Source of the DNA: Octopus sinensis
Lineage: Eukaryota
Assembly (NCBI RefSeq): GCF_006345805.1
Contig: NC_043008.1
Location: 59,272,001 to 59,336,000, forward strand
DNA length: 64,000 nucleotides
Reading direction: 5' to 3'
The position numbers and the translations under genes are program-made. Positions within the stretch are counted from its first letter, which is position 1, and each line of letters starts with the position of its first letter. Below are positions 26,870 to 40,799 of the stretch, one piece after another. Below the pieces are notes generated by a model. It did no database searches. It was not told where the DNA came from and saw only the letters and a list, made by a program, of their open reading frames with translations.

Positions 26870-26989
26870 CGTGTGTGTGTGTGTGGTGTGTGTGTGAGTA
26901 TGTATTCTTAAATGTTTTTTTTGTGTGTGTGTGTGTGTGTTCTTAAATGGCTTATAAAGATCTCCCACGCTACAAAGTTTTTTGCTTCA

Positions 26990-27240
26990 GCACACGATCT
27001 CAGGTCAAGTCGCGGAGCAGACGAAACAGGGACAACTGAAGAAGGGGAATATTCCGTGTGTTGTATGTCTTGTACTCTGTTTTTTCGTTGTTTGAAAAAA
27101 TGTTTGTTTCGATGTTTTTGTTTTTATGTTTTCGTTTCTCATTGTGTTCAACGTTGTTTTAGTGTCCTGTGCGCATGTATGCATGTATATATACATATAG
27201 ATGTAGGTATGTACATATATGTATGTATATATAATCATAT
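26990..27240 (+). repeat. Unclassified interspersed repeat F (also 30860-31110 minus and 54525-54800 plus)
   Basis: Shared CTGA(T/A)GAAGGGG..CTTGTACTCTGTTTTTTCGTTG..ATATATACAT(G/A)TAGATGTAGGTA. Confidence 0.75.
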
Positions 27241-27258
27241 GTTTATATATTATTTATG

Positions 27259-27311
<53 letters not shown>

Positions 27312-27333
27312 GGTAGTTAAATAGGTAGATAGG

Positions 27334-27444
<111 letters not shown>

Positions 27445-27659
27445 GCATATACATACATATATACTTACATGCATACATACATACTTACATGCATGCATAC
27501 ATGCATTCATATATACACACATATGTAAATATGTCTATTTATCTGTATGTCTTTCTCATCTTTATACTATGTATGTATGAATTTATGTATGCATGTAGAT
27601 ATGTGTATTGATGTGTGTGTGTGTGTGTTTTTCTGCCTTTCTGTGTCTGTGTGTGTATT

Positions 27660-28990
27660 TTTGTGTATACTCAAATTGTACACATAAGACAACTTGATAT
27701 TGTTTTATGCACTACATATCGCCCACCAGATGCTCCAAATCACACAGGAAAATCAAAATACTGCCTTGCAAAGATAGAAGTTCTTACCAAGCTGGAACAA
27801 CGCATCAGTCTTCAACTTCCCTAATGTGAAATGGTACGAGGGCCTCATGCTCTCAAGAATGACACACAACCAACAAGCACAGGAGCAACTTATGTTCTAA
27901 CCAACAACTGCAATTAATATACTGGGTCTCTACTTTACAAGCAACATAGATATCCATATTGTGAAAGTGACACTGATATTAATCTCGGATCACATTATTA
28001 TAGAACTGACCATATATGGACCAAAAGCACTCATAATCTCTCCAGTTTGAACTTTCATAAAGCAAAATTGAAATCGATTCAGAAAGAGATCCTCATATAG
28101 GATTGGCCTAAATATTGGGTTGTCCGGAAAGTTCGTGCCGATTTGTAGTAGCTTACATTTCGACTTATTTTAGAACATGGTTGAGTCCATAAAATAGGAA
28201 TTGACTACACTTCCATTTAGAGCACAGTTTAAGCTATCTTTTCGTGGAAGAAGGCTTATGTTCCTATAATCTGTGTTAATTTTGTAACCCTTCAAAATGG
28301 AAGATAAGAAAGTTCCTTTTCGGTACTTGATGCTTTGGGAACCAGACAAAAATTGCTGCAGCTTGGCTGGGATGTGTTACCCTACCCTTCATATTCACCA
28401 GATATTGCTCCTTCGGATTTCCACTTATTCAGGTCTCTGCAGAATAGTCTTAATGGTAAAACTTTCAATTCCTTGGATGACCTAAAAAGATACCTTTATG
28501 AATTCTTTGCCATGAAACCACTTCAATTCTGGGAAGAGGATATTTTCAAGTTAAAGGAAAGATGGAGACACGCGTTGTGCAACAAAATGGTTCATATTTG
28601 GTTGATTAAAAATGTAATGGCAAGTATATATTGACCTTTGACTTTTTTCTTTCCAGACAACCCAATATCTCTCCACATAAGACATTGTCAAGAAACTCAA
28701 AATGTTCATGTCTGTAATGCAAATCTGTCCTAGAGCTCAAAGCCAATACACAGAAGAACGAGATCTCCAAAGATAGGAAAACTCTTATGAGACGACGGAT
28801 AACATTGCAAGCCGCCTGAACAAACATCTCAAAAATAGTAAACTATACCGTCTGAAAAGATCACTGTTGGAGATGTGATAAAAGTCTGCATCAATCCCAT
28901 TAAAAAAAAGGGAGCAATGCTGAGAGACCTGAGTTTAAAAATTGTTAATCCAGACCCTAAAACGGTTTTTAATTTTATCAAAGAAACGGC
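27660..28990 (+). mobile_element. Old LINE fragment (APE endonuclease region) interrupted by a mariner
   Basis: CTTYRPPDAP motif; heavily decayed. Confidence 0.45.
28115..28665 (+). mobile_element. Internally deleted mariner with both TIRs and TA flanks
   Basis: TA|TTGGGTTGTCCGGAAAG .. CTTTCCAGACAACCCAA|TA; MEDKKV start fused to TRQKLLQLGWDVLPYPSYSPDIAPSDFHLFRSL. Confidence 0.9.
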
Positions 28991-29188
28991 CTTTTTATGT
29001 ACTACATACATACATACATACATACACATACATACATACACATAAAAATCATATATACATACATTCATACATGCATACATATACATGATTTGTTTGTACA
29101 GTCTTTCTTTATACAGACTGTATAGACAAGTCATGTATATGTATGTATATATGTACGTATGCATGTATGTGTGTGTGTGCGTGTGTGT

Positions 29189-29229
<41 letters not shown>

Positions 29230-29530
29230 GCATATGTTGTTATCATCAGTAAAATTTCCCTTAATCCTAAGTCAAAAGAAATCATTATCTACTCTCAAAT
29301 ATCCCCAAGAGAAATCGTAATTGGAATTTGCGACATTTATGCCATTTCCGATATTAATTGGTGACGTAATTAAAATAGTTTCACGTGTATATTTGTCAAT
29401 GATGATACAAAATCTGTTGTATATAAAGATTTTAATGTAGTAATATGCATTAAGGATATAGATCGCTGTACTCGGAATTAGAGATTTGTTGAGACAGGAA
29501 AATATGGGTGAAGCAATAATGCGTCTAATA

Positions 29531-29927
29531 TTCTTTTCTACTCTAGGCACAAGGCCCGAAATTTTGGGGGAGGGGTCCCGCCGATTAGATCGATCCCAGT
29601 ACGCAACTGGTACTTAATTTATCGATCCTGAAAGGATGAAAGGCAAAGTCGACCTTGGGGGAATTTGACCTCAGAACGTAAAGACAGACGAAACACCTAT
29701 TTCTTTACTAACCACAAGGGGCTAAACACAGACGAGACAAACAAGGACAGACAAACGGATTAAGTCGATTATATCGACCCCAATGCGTAACTGGTATTTA
29801 TTTAATCGACCCCGAAAGGATGAAAGGCAAAGTCGACTTCGGCGGAATTTGAACTAAGAACGTAACGGCAGATGAAATACTGCAAAGCATTTCGCCGGGC
29901 GCGCTAACGTTTCTGCAAGTTCGCCGC
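29531..29927 (-). mobile_element. SINE family A dimer
   Basis: Long-tail unit plus restarted unit with a short tail. Confidence 0.88.
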
Positions 29928-30422
29928 ATGTATTTGTTGGTTAATTAACTAAGAAATTGTCTAATGATAAACATATAAAACTGAACCAGCCTTTAGCTGA
30001 CATGGTGCAAGATTTTCCGCATGCACAAGAGGAAAGAACTAGTAATCGGTCGCATTTTTCGCTGGTGATCAAAATTAAACAAGCGCACTAACTATTACAA
30101 TACAACTAACTAAAGTTAGTCCGTACCGGCAACAACCAGCAAAATTCAACGCTAAAACTACCTTGAATTTTCCCATCACCACCCTCACCCCTAATTGTGC
30201 AAGAACATGTGGAGGGGGGGTCCCGAATCATTTGCAGGTACAACTAAGCACTAACTCTCAAATAACAGCATCGAGAGAATTATTGTTAACAACGGCGGAG
30301 AATGAGAGACTGAGTTATTGAAATCTTAGATGTGTGCTGCTGAAGTGTGGCAAGTACACAATTTTGTAATATTGCTGCAAAAATAAGTACGTTACATATT
30401 GTGAAAGAATGACGAAATTTAC

Positions 30423-30655
30423 CTCGGAGATAAAAGAGTTACTCTTCGGTTGTACATACGTATAACCATTTGTACAGGGTAGACTCAAAATTGTGGAATT
30501 CGTAAGAGTGTTACTTGATATCACGTTAACCGAACACTGGCCGTATTCTAACCAAGTAGCATTGTTGCTGCTGCTGGAACTCATCAGCTCTTGGATTTCG
30601 TAAGGTAGTATACTGCTGTTATCATAAGCTCGACATTGAAAATCTGGTTTCATTC
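30423..30655 (-). CDS. SLC22: SLC22 transporter exon 2 (large extracellular loop)
   Basis: Pyrimidine tract + TAG acceptor; MKPDFQC..GQC..LPCTNGYTY..SFISE; donor GAG|GTAAAT; 233 nt; Cys pattern and NSS/NAT/NST sequons typical of SLC22 loop 1. Confidence 0.92.
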
Positions 30656-30694
30656 CTAATAAAAAGAGAGAAAAAAAGAGTTAAGAAGCCTGTC

Positions 30695-30760
<66 letters not shown>

Positions 30761-30859
30761 ATAAACTGTACTGGGAGAAAAAGAAACGAAACGAAACGAA
30801 ACGGAACGAATCGAATCGAATCGACGCGAAGGCGCTCAGTCATACAATAGTGTAATAAA

Positions 30860-31335
30860 TAAAATATATGCATACATACATATATGTACGTACCTACATC
30901 TACATGTATATATACATGCATATATAAATATATATACGTGAGTACAGGACACCACAAATAGACGCAGAACTCAACGAGAACGAAAACGTAAAAACAAGCA
31001 TGGAACGAACCTTTTTTACAAAGAAAAAACAGAGTACTAGACAAACTACACAAGGAAAAATCCCCTTCATCAGCTGTCCCTAGTTCAACTCCAGCGTGTT
31101 TCGAAGGTGTATGTGTGTGTATGTGTTTGTGTGTCTGTGTTTGTCCCCCTAGCATTGCTTGACAACCGATGCTGGTGTGTTTACGTCCCCGTCACTTAGC
31201 GGTTCGGCAAAAGAGACCGATAGAATAAGTACCGGGCTTACAAAGAATAAGTCCCGGGGTCGATTTGCTCGACCAAAGGCGGTGCTCCAGCATGACCGCA
31301 GTCAAATGACTGAAACAAGTAAAAAGAGTAAAGAG
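30860..31335. mobile_element. Repeat F (minus) followed by a SINE family B 3' half (plus)
   Basis: Matches to other copies. Confidence 0.75.
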
Positions 31336-31805
31336 TAATTGAAAACATGGAGATGATGTCATTGGTGTCGAAAATAGCTGGCAGGCTGGGGAAAAAATTT
31401 GTTATTACCGATGGAAGTAATGTTGGTTCAAAATAGCATTCTGCATATCATACTTAATGTAATTTGTTAATTACTTCTATTTTTAGATTTGTTTTATCAG
31501 AAGATACAAAGCATGCGGTTGTTACTCGATAGTTGGTACTGATGACGTGCAAAAACACAGAAATCATGATTTAGCAATTCCACCATAGCTTCTTCGCACT
31601 TCGAATCTTCTACTGATGCATTTCTGATTTTTTTTCTTTCTTTTCTTTTTTTTTTTAGTTTTGTATGTCTATACGGAATGCTTTCTCGAGACGAATACCC
31701 AGTTTTGTGACTGTCTACAATGTATCCACATTAAGATGTACAAAATGATTATGTAATTAATAACGTATACAAAAAACACATTCACACGCACACACGCACA
31801 CACAC

Positions 31806-31850
<45 letters not shown>

Positions 31851-31959
31851 CACACGCTCACACACATATATATATATATACACCTATACACGAGAAGGTG
31901 CCGAAGAGTTCTCGTCTTTGGGTAAAAGAAAATACAGGAGGATCAGTTAATCATGATTT

Positions 31960-32492
31960 TATAAGACCTGTTGAGGCTTGCGAAGACCTGTTGAGGCAAG
32001 TGAAATCGAAATCGATCAAAAATCAATGGAAATTGTAGTTGTGATACCAGTGCCAGTGGCACGTAAAAGAACCATCCGAACGTTGCCAGCGCCACCTCGA
32101 CTGGCCGCCGTACCGGTGGCACGTAAAAAGCACCAACCGATCGTGGCCATTGCCAGCTTCGACTGGCCGCCGTACCGGTGGCACGTAAAAAGCACCAACC
32201 GATCGTGGCCGTTGCCAGCTTCGACTGGCCTCCGTACCGGTGGCACATAAAAAGCACTAACCGATCGTGGCCGTTGCCAGCCTCGCCTGGCACCTGTGCC
32301 GGTGGCACGTAAAAAGAACCCACTCCACTCACGAAATGGTTGGCGTTAGGAAGGGCATCCAGCTGTAGAAACACTGCCTGATCAGACTGGGCCTGGTGCA
32401 GCCTCCTGGCTTCCCAGACCACAGTCGAACCGGCCAACCCATGCTAGAATGAAAAGTGGACGTTAAACGATGATGATGATGATGATGATGAT
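31960..32492 (+). mobile_element. SINE-like retroposon with an internal 62-bp tandem array and (GAT)n tail
   Basis: GGTGGCACGTAAAAAGCACC.. units at 32115, 32177, 32239, 32301 (plus a 60-bp first unit); tail GGTTGGCGTTAGGAAGGGCATCCAGC..GGACGTTAAACGATGATGAT of the kind I recall from RTE-mobilised SINEs. Confidence 0.75.
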
Positions 32493-32947
32493 TATGATGA
32501 TTCTACCTTCAGATTCACACAGTGGTCCTTCAGTTTTTCTAAGCCCTGTAACCGAATTCAGAATGTTGGGTCTCTAACCAAGCCTTTCGTGATACCCCTA
32601 AAGCCAGGAACTTTACAGTGAGCCGTGCATCATGAAGCCGAAACGATTGCTGGGATAATAAATGCTTTTTGTTTCAGTCCATCTTCTCTATTAATCTTTA
32701 AAACATACCCTACGTGAACCCTGGAATATCTGGATGCAGATCCAACAACGAGTGCAAAGTATCGCTGATGACGCCTGGTAGCCATAAGGGGTGAACGTGC
32801 TCCGCAGACACATTACATGGGACTTACCCTGAGGGATTTGGATACTGTGTTTAACGCCCTACTTTCTAAACCTGAATTCCTTAACTTTAAATTCGACCTA
32901 CATATATACTAACACAACACAAAATATGTTAAAGAAATACTTCTAAT

Positions 32948-33002
<55 letters not shown>

Positions 33003-34009
33003 TGTGTGTGTGTGTGCACTTGTATCTCTGAGTGCATGTGCAAAGTCTCAGAAAACTGAAGTGTAAATCTGAAGGGCATGAACGGACTCCATTGGAACAC
33101 TGGTAAAAAATTAAAAAAAGACTCGAGTTTGTATCCTGGACGAAATGCCGCTAAGCATTTTCCAGGCGTGCTAACCATTCTGCCAGCTCACTGCAAGAAA
33201 TGCTTTCGCATATTTCTAAACCTTCAATAAAACAACACATTCAAATTTTTGCTGAAACGATGGATCTCGGAGTTGATAAAGCTGTAAATTAAAGGGAGTA
33301 AGGGTTTTCGATAAAAGTTTAGAATTTATTATGATGAAAATAATATATAATTATCACTGATAAGAATAAAGTTTCTAAAATAGATTAAGAAATTCGAAGA
33401 GTTGTTCTGCCTTTGAGTGGTAGAACGTCTCATGTGTTTACAGATGTTGTTTGTATCTCACGGGTGCCTTAGACTTTTTCTATCCAAAGGGCTGACTTAA
33501 ACATTAACTCAGTATTAGTTATAGCTTTATCTGCATCAAGATCCACAGTTTCAAAACCGAATTGTTTCACGTTCTCTCGAACTTTCTAAATTCTTATGAC
33601 GTCAACAACTTTCAACTCCTTATTTTTCCTTCATTGTAATTGTAAAACGAATTTGAAATACAAGTCCGAGATGACATATACGAATGAAATGTTATTCATC
33701 ATACTGTTAGTGTCTTATCTTTGATCTAGTGATTATATCTGATCCAGTTCTCAACTGGTAATTATTTTATCGGCCTAACCTTGAAAGGCCTAAATGCAAA
33801 ATGGACTCCTGCAAATTTTGAACTCAGAACCTAAAAAACAGAAGAAAGGCTGCGAAGCTTTCCCCCAGTGTGCTACTGGTACTTCCGGCTCGCCACCTTG
33901 TAAACACGATAAATTAAGATCGTGTAATATTGCGAAATTTTCATCTATTCCCAGTCATCGAAAATCTGGATCCATAAAGATTTTGAGCCCACGAGCTAGT
34001 ACATGTCTA

Positions 34010-34241
34010 CCTATTTCTTTATTACCCACAAGGGGTTAAACATAGAGGGGACAAACAACGACAGACATAGGTATTAAGTCGATTACATCGACCCCAGTGC
34101 GTAACTGGTACTTAATTTATCGACCCCGAAAGGATGAAAGGTAAAGTCGACCTCGGCGGAATTTGAACTCACAACGTAACGGCAGACGAATACGGCTACG
34201 CATTTCGCCCGGCGCGCTAACGTTTCTGCCAGCTCGCCGCT
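34010..34241 (-). mobile_element. SINE family A with a perfect target-site duplication
   Basis: CTAGTACATGTCTACC at 33996-34011 and 34240-34255. Confidence 0.95.
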
Positions 34242-34859
34242 AGTACATGTCTACCATCTACCCCTAAGTTGACAGCAAGTCGCATAGAGCGCATGTGTAA
34301 CAGAACCTGTACTCAGACAAAGCGTTTGCTTAGGATTAAATATTCCTGTTGGATCAAGATTTTGGTGATCTTTGGGAATTCAAGACATCTGCGTTCTCGC
34401 AAAGACGAGACCGACACTTCATTCGGTTTTATGCGGTCTCTTTAATTCCACTTATAGTCGAAAGCGGTGCATACGAATTTGATGTATATGAGTTTTACCG
34501 TTCGTCCGAAAGCAAGTGTCGGCTTTATACGATTGCTGGACTGTATTGGTGCAAAACGGCGGAGATTAAAGTAAGCAAATGCTACCGGAACAATTGTGTA
34601 CCATTCTTTACGACATTCCGGATACAATACGTTACCAAATATGCAAAAAAAAACAACAACAACAAAAAAGCAAAAATGCGGGATCTCATGGCTCGGTGTT
34701 GGCTTCACACGTGTATAGGTGACTATTCCTCGCTGTCAACAAAAGAAGGGAGAAGCTAAAGATGCGGTGGAACATCTGCTTAATGCGCCGAATGCTAACG
34801 AGAACAGATTTACTTAACCGTTAACAGACGGTGAGTGCATCTACACTTATACCACATTC

Positions 34860-34871
34860 CTGTCTGTCTGC

Positions 34872-34914
<43 letters not shown>

Positions 34915-35340
34915 ACTCTCTTTCATTCGCACTCACTATCGCTCGTTCACTCATTCACACTCTTTTTTCCTTTTCTTTCTTCCACTCACTCTCTCATGTT
35001 TTCTTTCTCTTTTTTCTCTCTCTCTCTCCTTCCCTCTCTCTCTTTCCTTTTCTTCCTCTCTCTCTCTCTCTCTCTCTCTCTTTCCTTTTCTTCTCTCTCT
35101 CTCTCTCACTCACTCTCTTTCATTCGCACTCACTATCGCTCGTTCACTCATTCACACTCTTTTTTCCTTTTCTTTCTTCCACTCTCTCTCTCTTTCCTTT
35201 TCTCCCTCTCTCTCTCTCTCATTCTCTTTTCTCTCTCTCTCTCTTTCTTCATTTCTCTCTTCCAGTCTCACGCTTGCTTTTTTTGTCTCTTTCTCTCTTT
35301 CTCTCTTTCTCCCTCCCCGCTCCCTCCCCCTTCTCTCAGC
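34860..35340. repeat. (CT)-rich tract containing a duplicated unique cassette of about 90 bp
   Basis: TTCATTCGCACTCACTATCGCTCGTTCACTCATTCACACTC occurs twice, about 197 bp apart. Confidence 0.9.
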
Positions 35341-35449
35341 TGCCGGTGATACATTTGCAAGTGAACGGAATATTAGCATGAAACAAGTTCTCAGAATAAT
35401 GTTGTTATTACTGTTGTTTAACCACACGTACAGGCTCCGTGGGGTGTGA

Positions 35450-35863
35450 AGGAGGAGGAGGAAGAGGCAGATGAAGAAGACGATGATGATGATAATGACG
35501 ACGATACTACGAAGAAGAAGAAGAAGAAGAAGAAGAAGAAGAACAAGAACAAGAAGAAGAACAAGAACAAGAAGAACAAGAAGAACAAGAAGAAGAAGAA
35601 GAAGAAGAAGAAGAAGAAGAACAACAACAACAACAACAGCAACATAATGACGAAGCTGATGTTGATGAGGAGGAAGGAGAAGAATAATAGATGAAGAAGG
35701 TGATAGTATGGGCATGGTGATGATGATGATGACAACGACGACGACGATGACGACGATAATGATGACGACGACGACGACGATGATGATGATGATGATGACG
35801 ACGACGACGATAATGATGATGATGATGACGACGATGATGATGATGACGACGACGACGATGATA

Positions 35864-35910
<47 letters not shown>

Positions 35911-35950
35911 AAAGATGATGAGGGTGAAGTTGATGATGATGATGATGAAG
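35450..35950. repeat. (GAA/AAC)n then (GAT/GAC)n trinucleotide tract in SLC22 intron 1
   Basis: Direct reading. Confidence 0.9.
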
Positions 35951-36028
35951 AGGGACAATATTGATAAAAAGCAAAAAGCAAAAATACGAAAAAAAAACAT
36001 AGAATAAGAATTTTTATAAATAACTTAC

Positions 36029-36179
36029 CTATGAAGAGGATGGCAAGAATATTCGCCGGTTGCGACAACATATTGAGCGATAATATAATTAATTGGATAA
36101 GATTGTAACGACCATTGTGCTTAAGTTCCCTAATTATCAAATCGACATTAACTTTTTTTCCGTCTATCGTCTTGGCCAT
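36029..36179 (-). CDS. SLC22: SLC22-family organic cation/anion transporter, coding exon 1 (N-terminus, TM1)
   Basis: ATG in aaaatATGG context; MAKTIDGKKVNVDLIIRELKHNGRYNLIQLIILSLNMLSQPANILAILFIG; donor G|GTAAGT at 36028; 151 nt, phase 1 joins exon 2 as G|GA (Gly). Confidence 0.85.
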
Positions 36180-36368
36180 ATTTTGTTTCCTAATTCTTTC
36201 TCCGATCGTTAACTTGTAAAAACTTTACTACTTGTGAGTAAAATAGGAAATGGGTGGGGGAAAAAAACCATTAAACGAGAGAAAACAGAAGCGAACTGAA
36301 TTAAAGAAGAAAACGCTATGAATTAAATAACGAATACAAGAGACAGATAGAAAGATAGTTTGATAAAT

Positions 36369-36399
<31 letters not shown>

Positions 36400-36727
36400 A
36401 GCATATATATGTATATAAGTATAGGGAACAGTTAGAGGGAAGAAAGTGAGTGACTGAGGGGGTAGCGTGAGGGATACATGTGAATGGGTGAAAGAAAAAC
36501 AACATACTAACAGGAATTAACTTCATGTCATTTTTTTCTTTCTTTATTCTATATCTGGGACAAATATAAGTGATATGCCTGATCATGTCTGCCATGACTA
36601 ATTAAATATATAAAAGAATTCGTTGGCACCGTTTTTTTTTTTTTTTTTTTGATGGGGTACATTCGAAGCAAATCATAAGAACGATACACTATATAAGAGG
36701 TAACTCTTCTTCATGTGATTATTATTA

Positions 36728-36781
<54 letters not shown>

Positions 36782-36958
36782 GTTTTTTCCTTCTTTCTTC
36801 AAATTTTCTTCCGTTTCTCGCCGAGTGTTTTCCATACACCTAGGGCAGAGAAGGGCATTGAATGCATTCCCAGATTACACGCGCAAATTCACAGATAAAA
36901 TATGTATTTAAAAATTAATAAATAAATAAATTCATGGATGGATGTTATTTTCTTATTA

Positions 36959-37009
<51 letters not shown>

Positions 37010-37027
37010 TATTATTATTATTATTAT

Positions 37028-37692
<665 letters not shown>

Positions 37693-37694
37693 GG

Positions 37695-37933
37695 AAGGCA
37701 GCTGGCTGACAGAGTCGTTAGCACGTCAGGCGAAATGCCTACTTGCATTTCGCTCGTTCCTACGTTCTTAATTTAAATTCCGCCGAGGTCGACTTTACCT
37801 TGAATCCTTTCGGGGTCGATAAATTAAGTACCAGTGAAACACGAGGGTCGATGTAATCGACTTAATCCCACCCCCAAAAAATGGCTGCCCTTGTGGCAAA
37901 ATTCGGAACCATTATTATAAATATTATTATTAC

Positions 37934-38000
<67 letters not shown>

Positions 38001-38211
38001 GAAGATGGCAAACTGGTAGAATAGTTAGCACGTCGGGCGAAATGCTTGGTGATATTTCGTCTGTCTTTACGTTATGAGTTCAAATGCCGCCAAAGTCGAT
38101 TTTGCCTCTCATCCTTTGAGATCGATGAAAAAATTACTAGTCGAGCACTAGGGGGCGATGTAATCGTCTGGTCCCCTCCCTCAAAATTTCAGGCCTTGTG
38201 CCTTTAGTAGA

Positions 38212-38215
<4 letters not shown>
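37695..38215 (+). mobile_element. Two diverged SINE family A copies within (ATT)n tracts
   Basis: About 37695-37915 and 38000-38215. Confidence 0.8.
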
Positions 38216-38269
<54 letters not shown>

Positions 38270-38444
38270 TAATCTTATTTTTATCACGTACTTTCACTGC
38301 ACTACCGAGCGCAGCTCTGTGTGCCTTGGGCTTGTGCTGCGGTTTGTTATGATGCTCTTATTTTTACTGTAGTGAAAATATTTTTCGTAGGATGTGTGAG
38401 GTACCTAGTAATGCTATTTTCAGTATGCTATATATATTTGTTGT

Positions 38445-38715
38445 TGAGAAGTCAAGGGGTCGCAGGTTTGAATCTCAGACCGGGCGATGTTTGTGTTGAT
38501 GAGTGATACACCTAAGCTCCACGCGGCTCCGGCAGAAGGTAATGGCAAACCTCTGCTGACTCTTTGGCCAAAACTTTCTCTCACTCTTTCCTCCTGCATC
38601 TAGCAGCTCACCTGCGACAGACTGGCGTCCCGTCCAGTTGCGGAACCTATACATCAATGACACCGGGAAACCGGCTCTTATGAGCCAGGCATGGCTCAGG
38701 AAGGAACAAACAACA
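38445..38715 (+). mobile_element. Diverged SINE family C with V-domain-like tail
   Basis: CACCTAAGCTCCACGCGGCTCCGGCAG..CTGCGACAGACTGGCGTCCCGTCCAG. Confidence 0.65.
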
Positions 38716-39525
38716 TAAATAATTGCTAGTCCTGGTGTTTTTGTTATGTATTTGAATGTTTTAATCAAATCTAATGCGCCTACTATGATAGGGATTGTTT
38801 CTGTTTTTAGATTCCACATTTGAGTTACCTCTATTTCCAGATCTTTGTATTGTGAAAGTTTCTCCGTTTCTTTTAGAGAAACATTGCTATCTGTTGGTAT
38901 GGATACAACGATTAGAAAGCAATTTTTTCTTTATGATCTCTGGCAATTATATCCGGCCAATTGGCCTTCATTTCTCTATTAGTGTCTATTGGCACATCCC
39001 AGAGTATGGTTGCTTTCTTATTTTCTGTGACCTTTTCTGGCGTTCCCTATACCATCTTCTTTCTGTTGTTATTCTATAGTGTTGGCATAGCTTCCAGCAT
39101 ATACAGGTCTCCACTCTGTGTGTGTGAATATATTCCTTCTTAGCGAGGACTGGGCTGTCAGAGACAATATGATTTATTATTTCTTGTCCATCTCCACATA
39201 TTCTGCAGTTACTTGTATTTCTTTTTTATTACATGTTTTTGGTAATTTCTGATGGGAAGGCTTCGATCTTGTGCTACAATTAAAAATCCTTCAGTCTCTG
39301 CTTTGAGCCCTGAGCTTCTCAGCCATTGTTGAGATTCTGCTTGTTCTATTTATTTTCTTTTTATTTTAACACAGTATTTGCCATGAAGGGGCTTTTCTTG
39401 TCATCGTTTTATCCTGATCCTTTGCTGTTCCAGTTTTAGTTTAGATTTCAGTTGTTTTACAGCTTTTGTTGTTCTTCTTTTTCTTCACAGTTGTTAGATA
39501 CTATGACTTTTTTTTTGCATTTGTC
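38716..39525 (-). mobile_element. R4/Dong-like LINE 3' fragment with an RLE domain
   Basis: WLRSSGLKAETEGFLIVAQDRSLP; NRPDII..CFLIDVSIP..EKLSQYKDLEIEV..MWNLKTETIPIIVGAL (PD-(D/E)xK nuclease). Confidence 0.88.
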
Positions 39526-39544
39526 CTTTTTATTATTATCATTA

Positions 39545-40033
39545 TTGAGTGAGAGAAAAGTGCATGCCATCGAAGTGACACTGGGGTAAAATATACGAGC
39601 CCAGCATACCCATCATGACTACTCGTCTGATAAGGGTCCACAAGGCACATTCACCACAACCATAATTGCGCGCCATAGTAATCTCATATCAAGATAAACA
39701 GGCGGGGGCCGAGTTAGAATTTTCTTCAGATCGAGGTCCCTGAATAAGGGTTGTTTAAAGATGTTGAACAAAACACCCATGTTTCCAAAGCTGAATTATC
39801 CAAACCCCAAAGAATTCCTCTCAACACGTGGCTATGATGCTCCCCTACTACTTCTGCTCGTGATTAGAGATGCACATATCGTCAACCACTAAGGGACATG
39901 CTCAACTAAGGTCAAGAAAATCTGTGGCATTGAGCAGAATATTTGCTGTAGTCCATCTTTTATACCAAGATAAAACAACGTGCTTGATAACACTTCCAAT
40001 CAGTTAAGATCATAAGCCATGAAGGCTACTGCC
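39545..40033 (-). mobile_element. Family E retroposon
   Basis: Matches 968-1410 with small deletions. Confidence 0.8.
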
Positions 40034-40056
40034 TGGTACTGCACCAGAGCAAAACG

Positions 40057-40107
<51 letters not shown>

Positions 40108-40390
40108 GTTATTATTATTATTATTATTATCATTTTTATCCACATCATTAACTGGTTGTAATATTATTGTTTTTATTTCCGTTCAGAACAGGTTTGAACA
40201 TTTTAATAACCGTTTTTTTTTATCTTTCTCCCAACCTCACTTGTGTCATGTATTTTGTAAAAACGAAAACTTAGAAACATTTTCTGAACATATGTCCGCT
40301 CAATGGAATTTGGCGAACGTTAGAGTTCTATATTTGTCATCTGTGGAATCGTGAGAGCTCCGATAATGCATTCCCTGCCTCGCCAATATA

Positions 40391-40763
40391 TTGGAAGCAC
40401 TCCGTCGGTTACGACGATGAGGGTTCCGGTTGATCCGAATCAACGGAACAGCCTGCTCGTGAAATTAACGTGTAAGTGGCTGAGCACTCCACAGACACGT
40501 GCACCCTTAACGTAGTTCTCGGGGATATTCAGCGTGACACAGAGAGTGACAAGGCCGGCCCCTTGAAATACAGGTACAACAGAAACAGGAAGTAAGAGTG
40601 AGAGAAAGTTGTGGTGAAAGAGTACAGCAGGGATCACCACTATCCCCTGCCGGAGCGTCGTGGAGCTTTTAGGTGTTTTCGCTCAATAAACACTCACAAC
40701 GCCCGGTCTGGGAATCGAAACCGCGAGTCCGCTGCCCTAACCACTGGGCCATTGCGCCTCCAC
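40391..40763 (-). mobile_element. tRNA-derived SINE family C, near full length
   Basis: Head GTGGAGGCGCAATGGCCCAGTGG (A box), GGTTTCGATTCCC (B box), distinct 3' tail. Confidence 0.88.
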
Positions 40764-40799
40764 AATTATATATAGCTCCTCACAATTAGAGCTTTTAAT

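Noticed and set aside
31943-32437. CRISPR-like array, or ORFs from the 62-bp repeats
   Set aside because: No unique spacers, eukaryotic context, lies within a retroposon.
32765-32800. CTGATGACGCC..GGGGTGAACGT hammerhead candidate
   Set aside because: GAAA box incomplete, stem II weak, no convincing stems I and III.
34300-34760. Non-repetitive intronic stretch with 136-aa and 88-aa ORFs
   Set aside because: No recognisable domain, splice signals or RNA fold; could be an old repeat or regulatory DNA but unsupported.
35152-36028. Poly-I/V/S/H/D/K ORFs, including the read-through extension of SLC22 exon 1
   Set aside because: Trinucleotide microsatellite translations; exon 1 has a canonical donor at 36028.
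36590-36710. TATA-like words upstream of SLC22
   Set aside because: Indistinguishable from the AT-rich background; TSS unknown.
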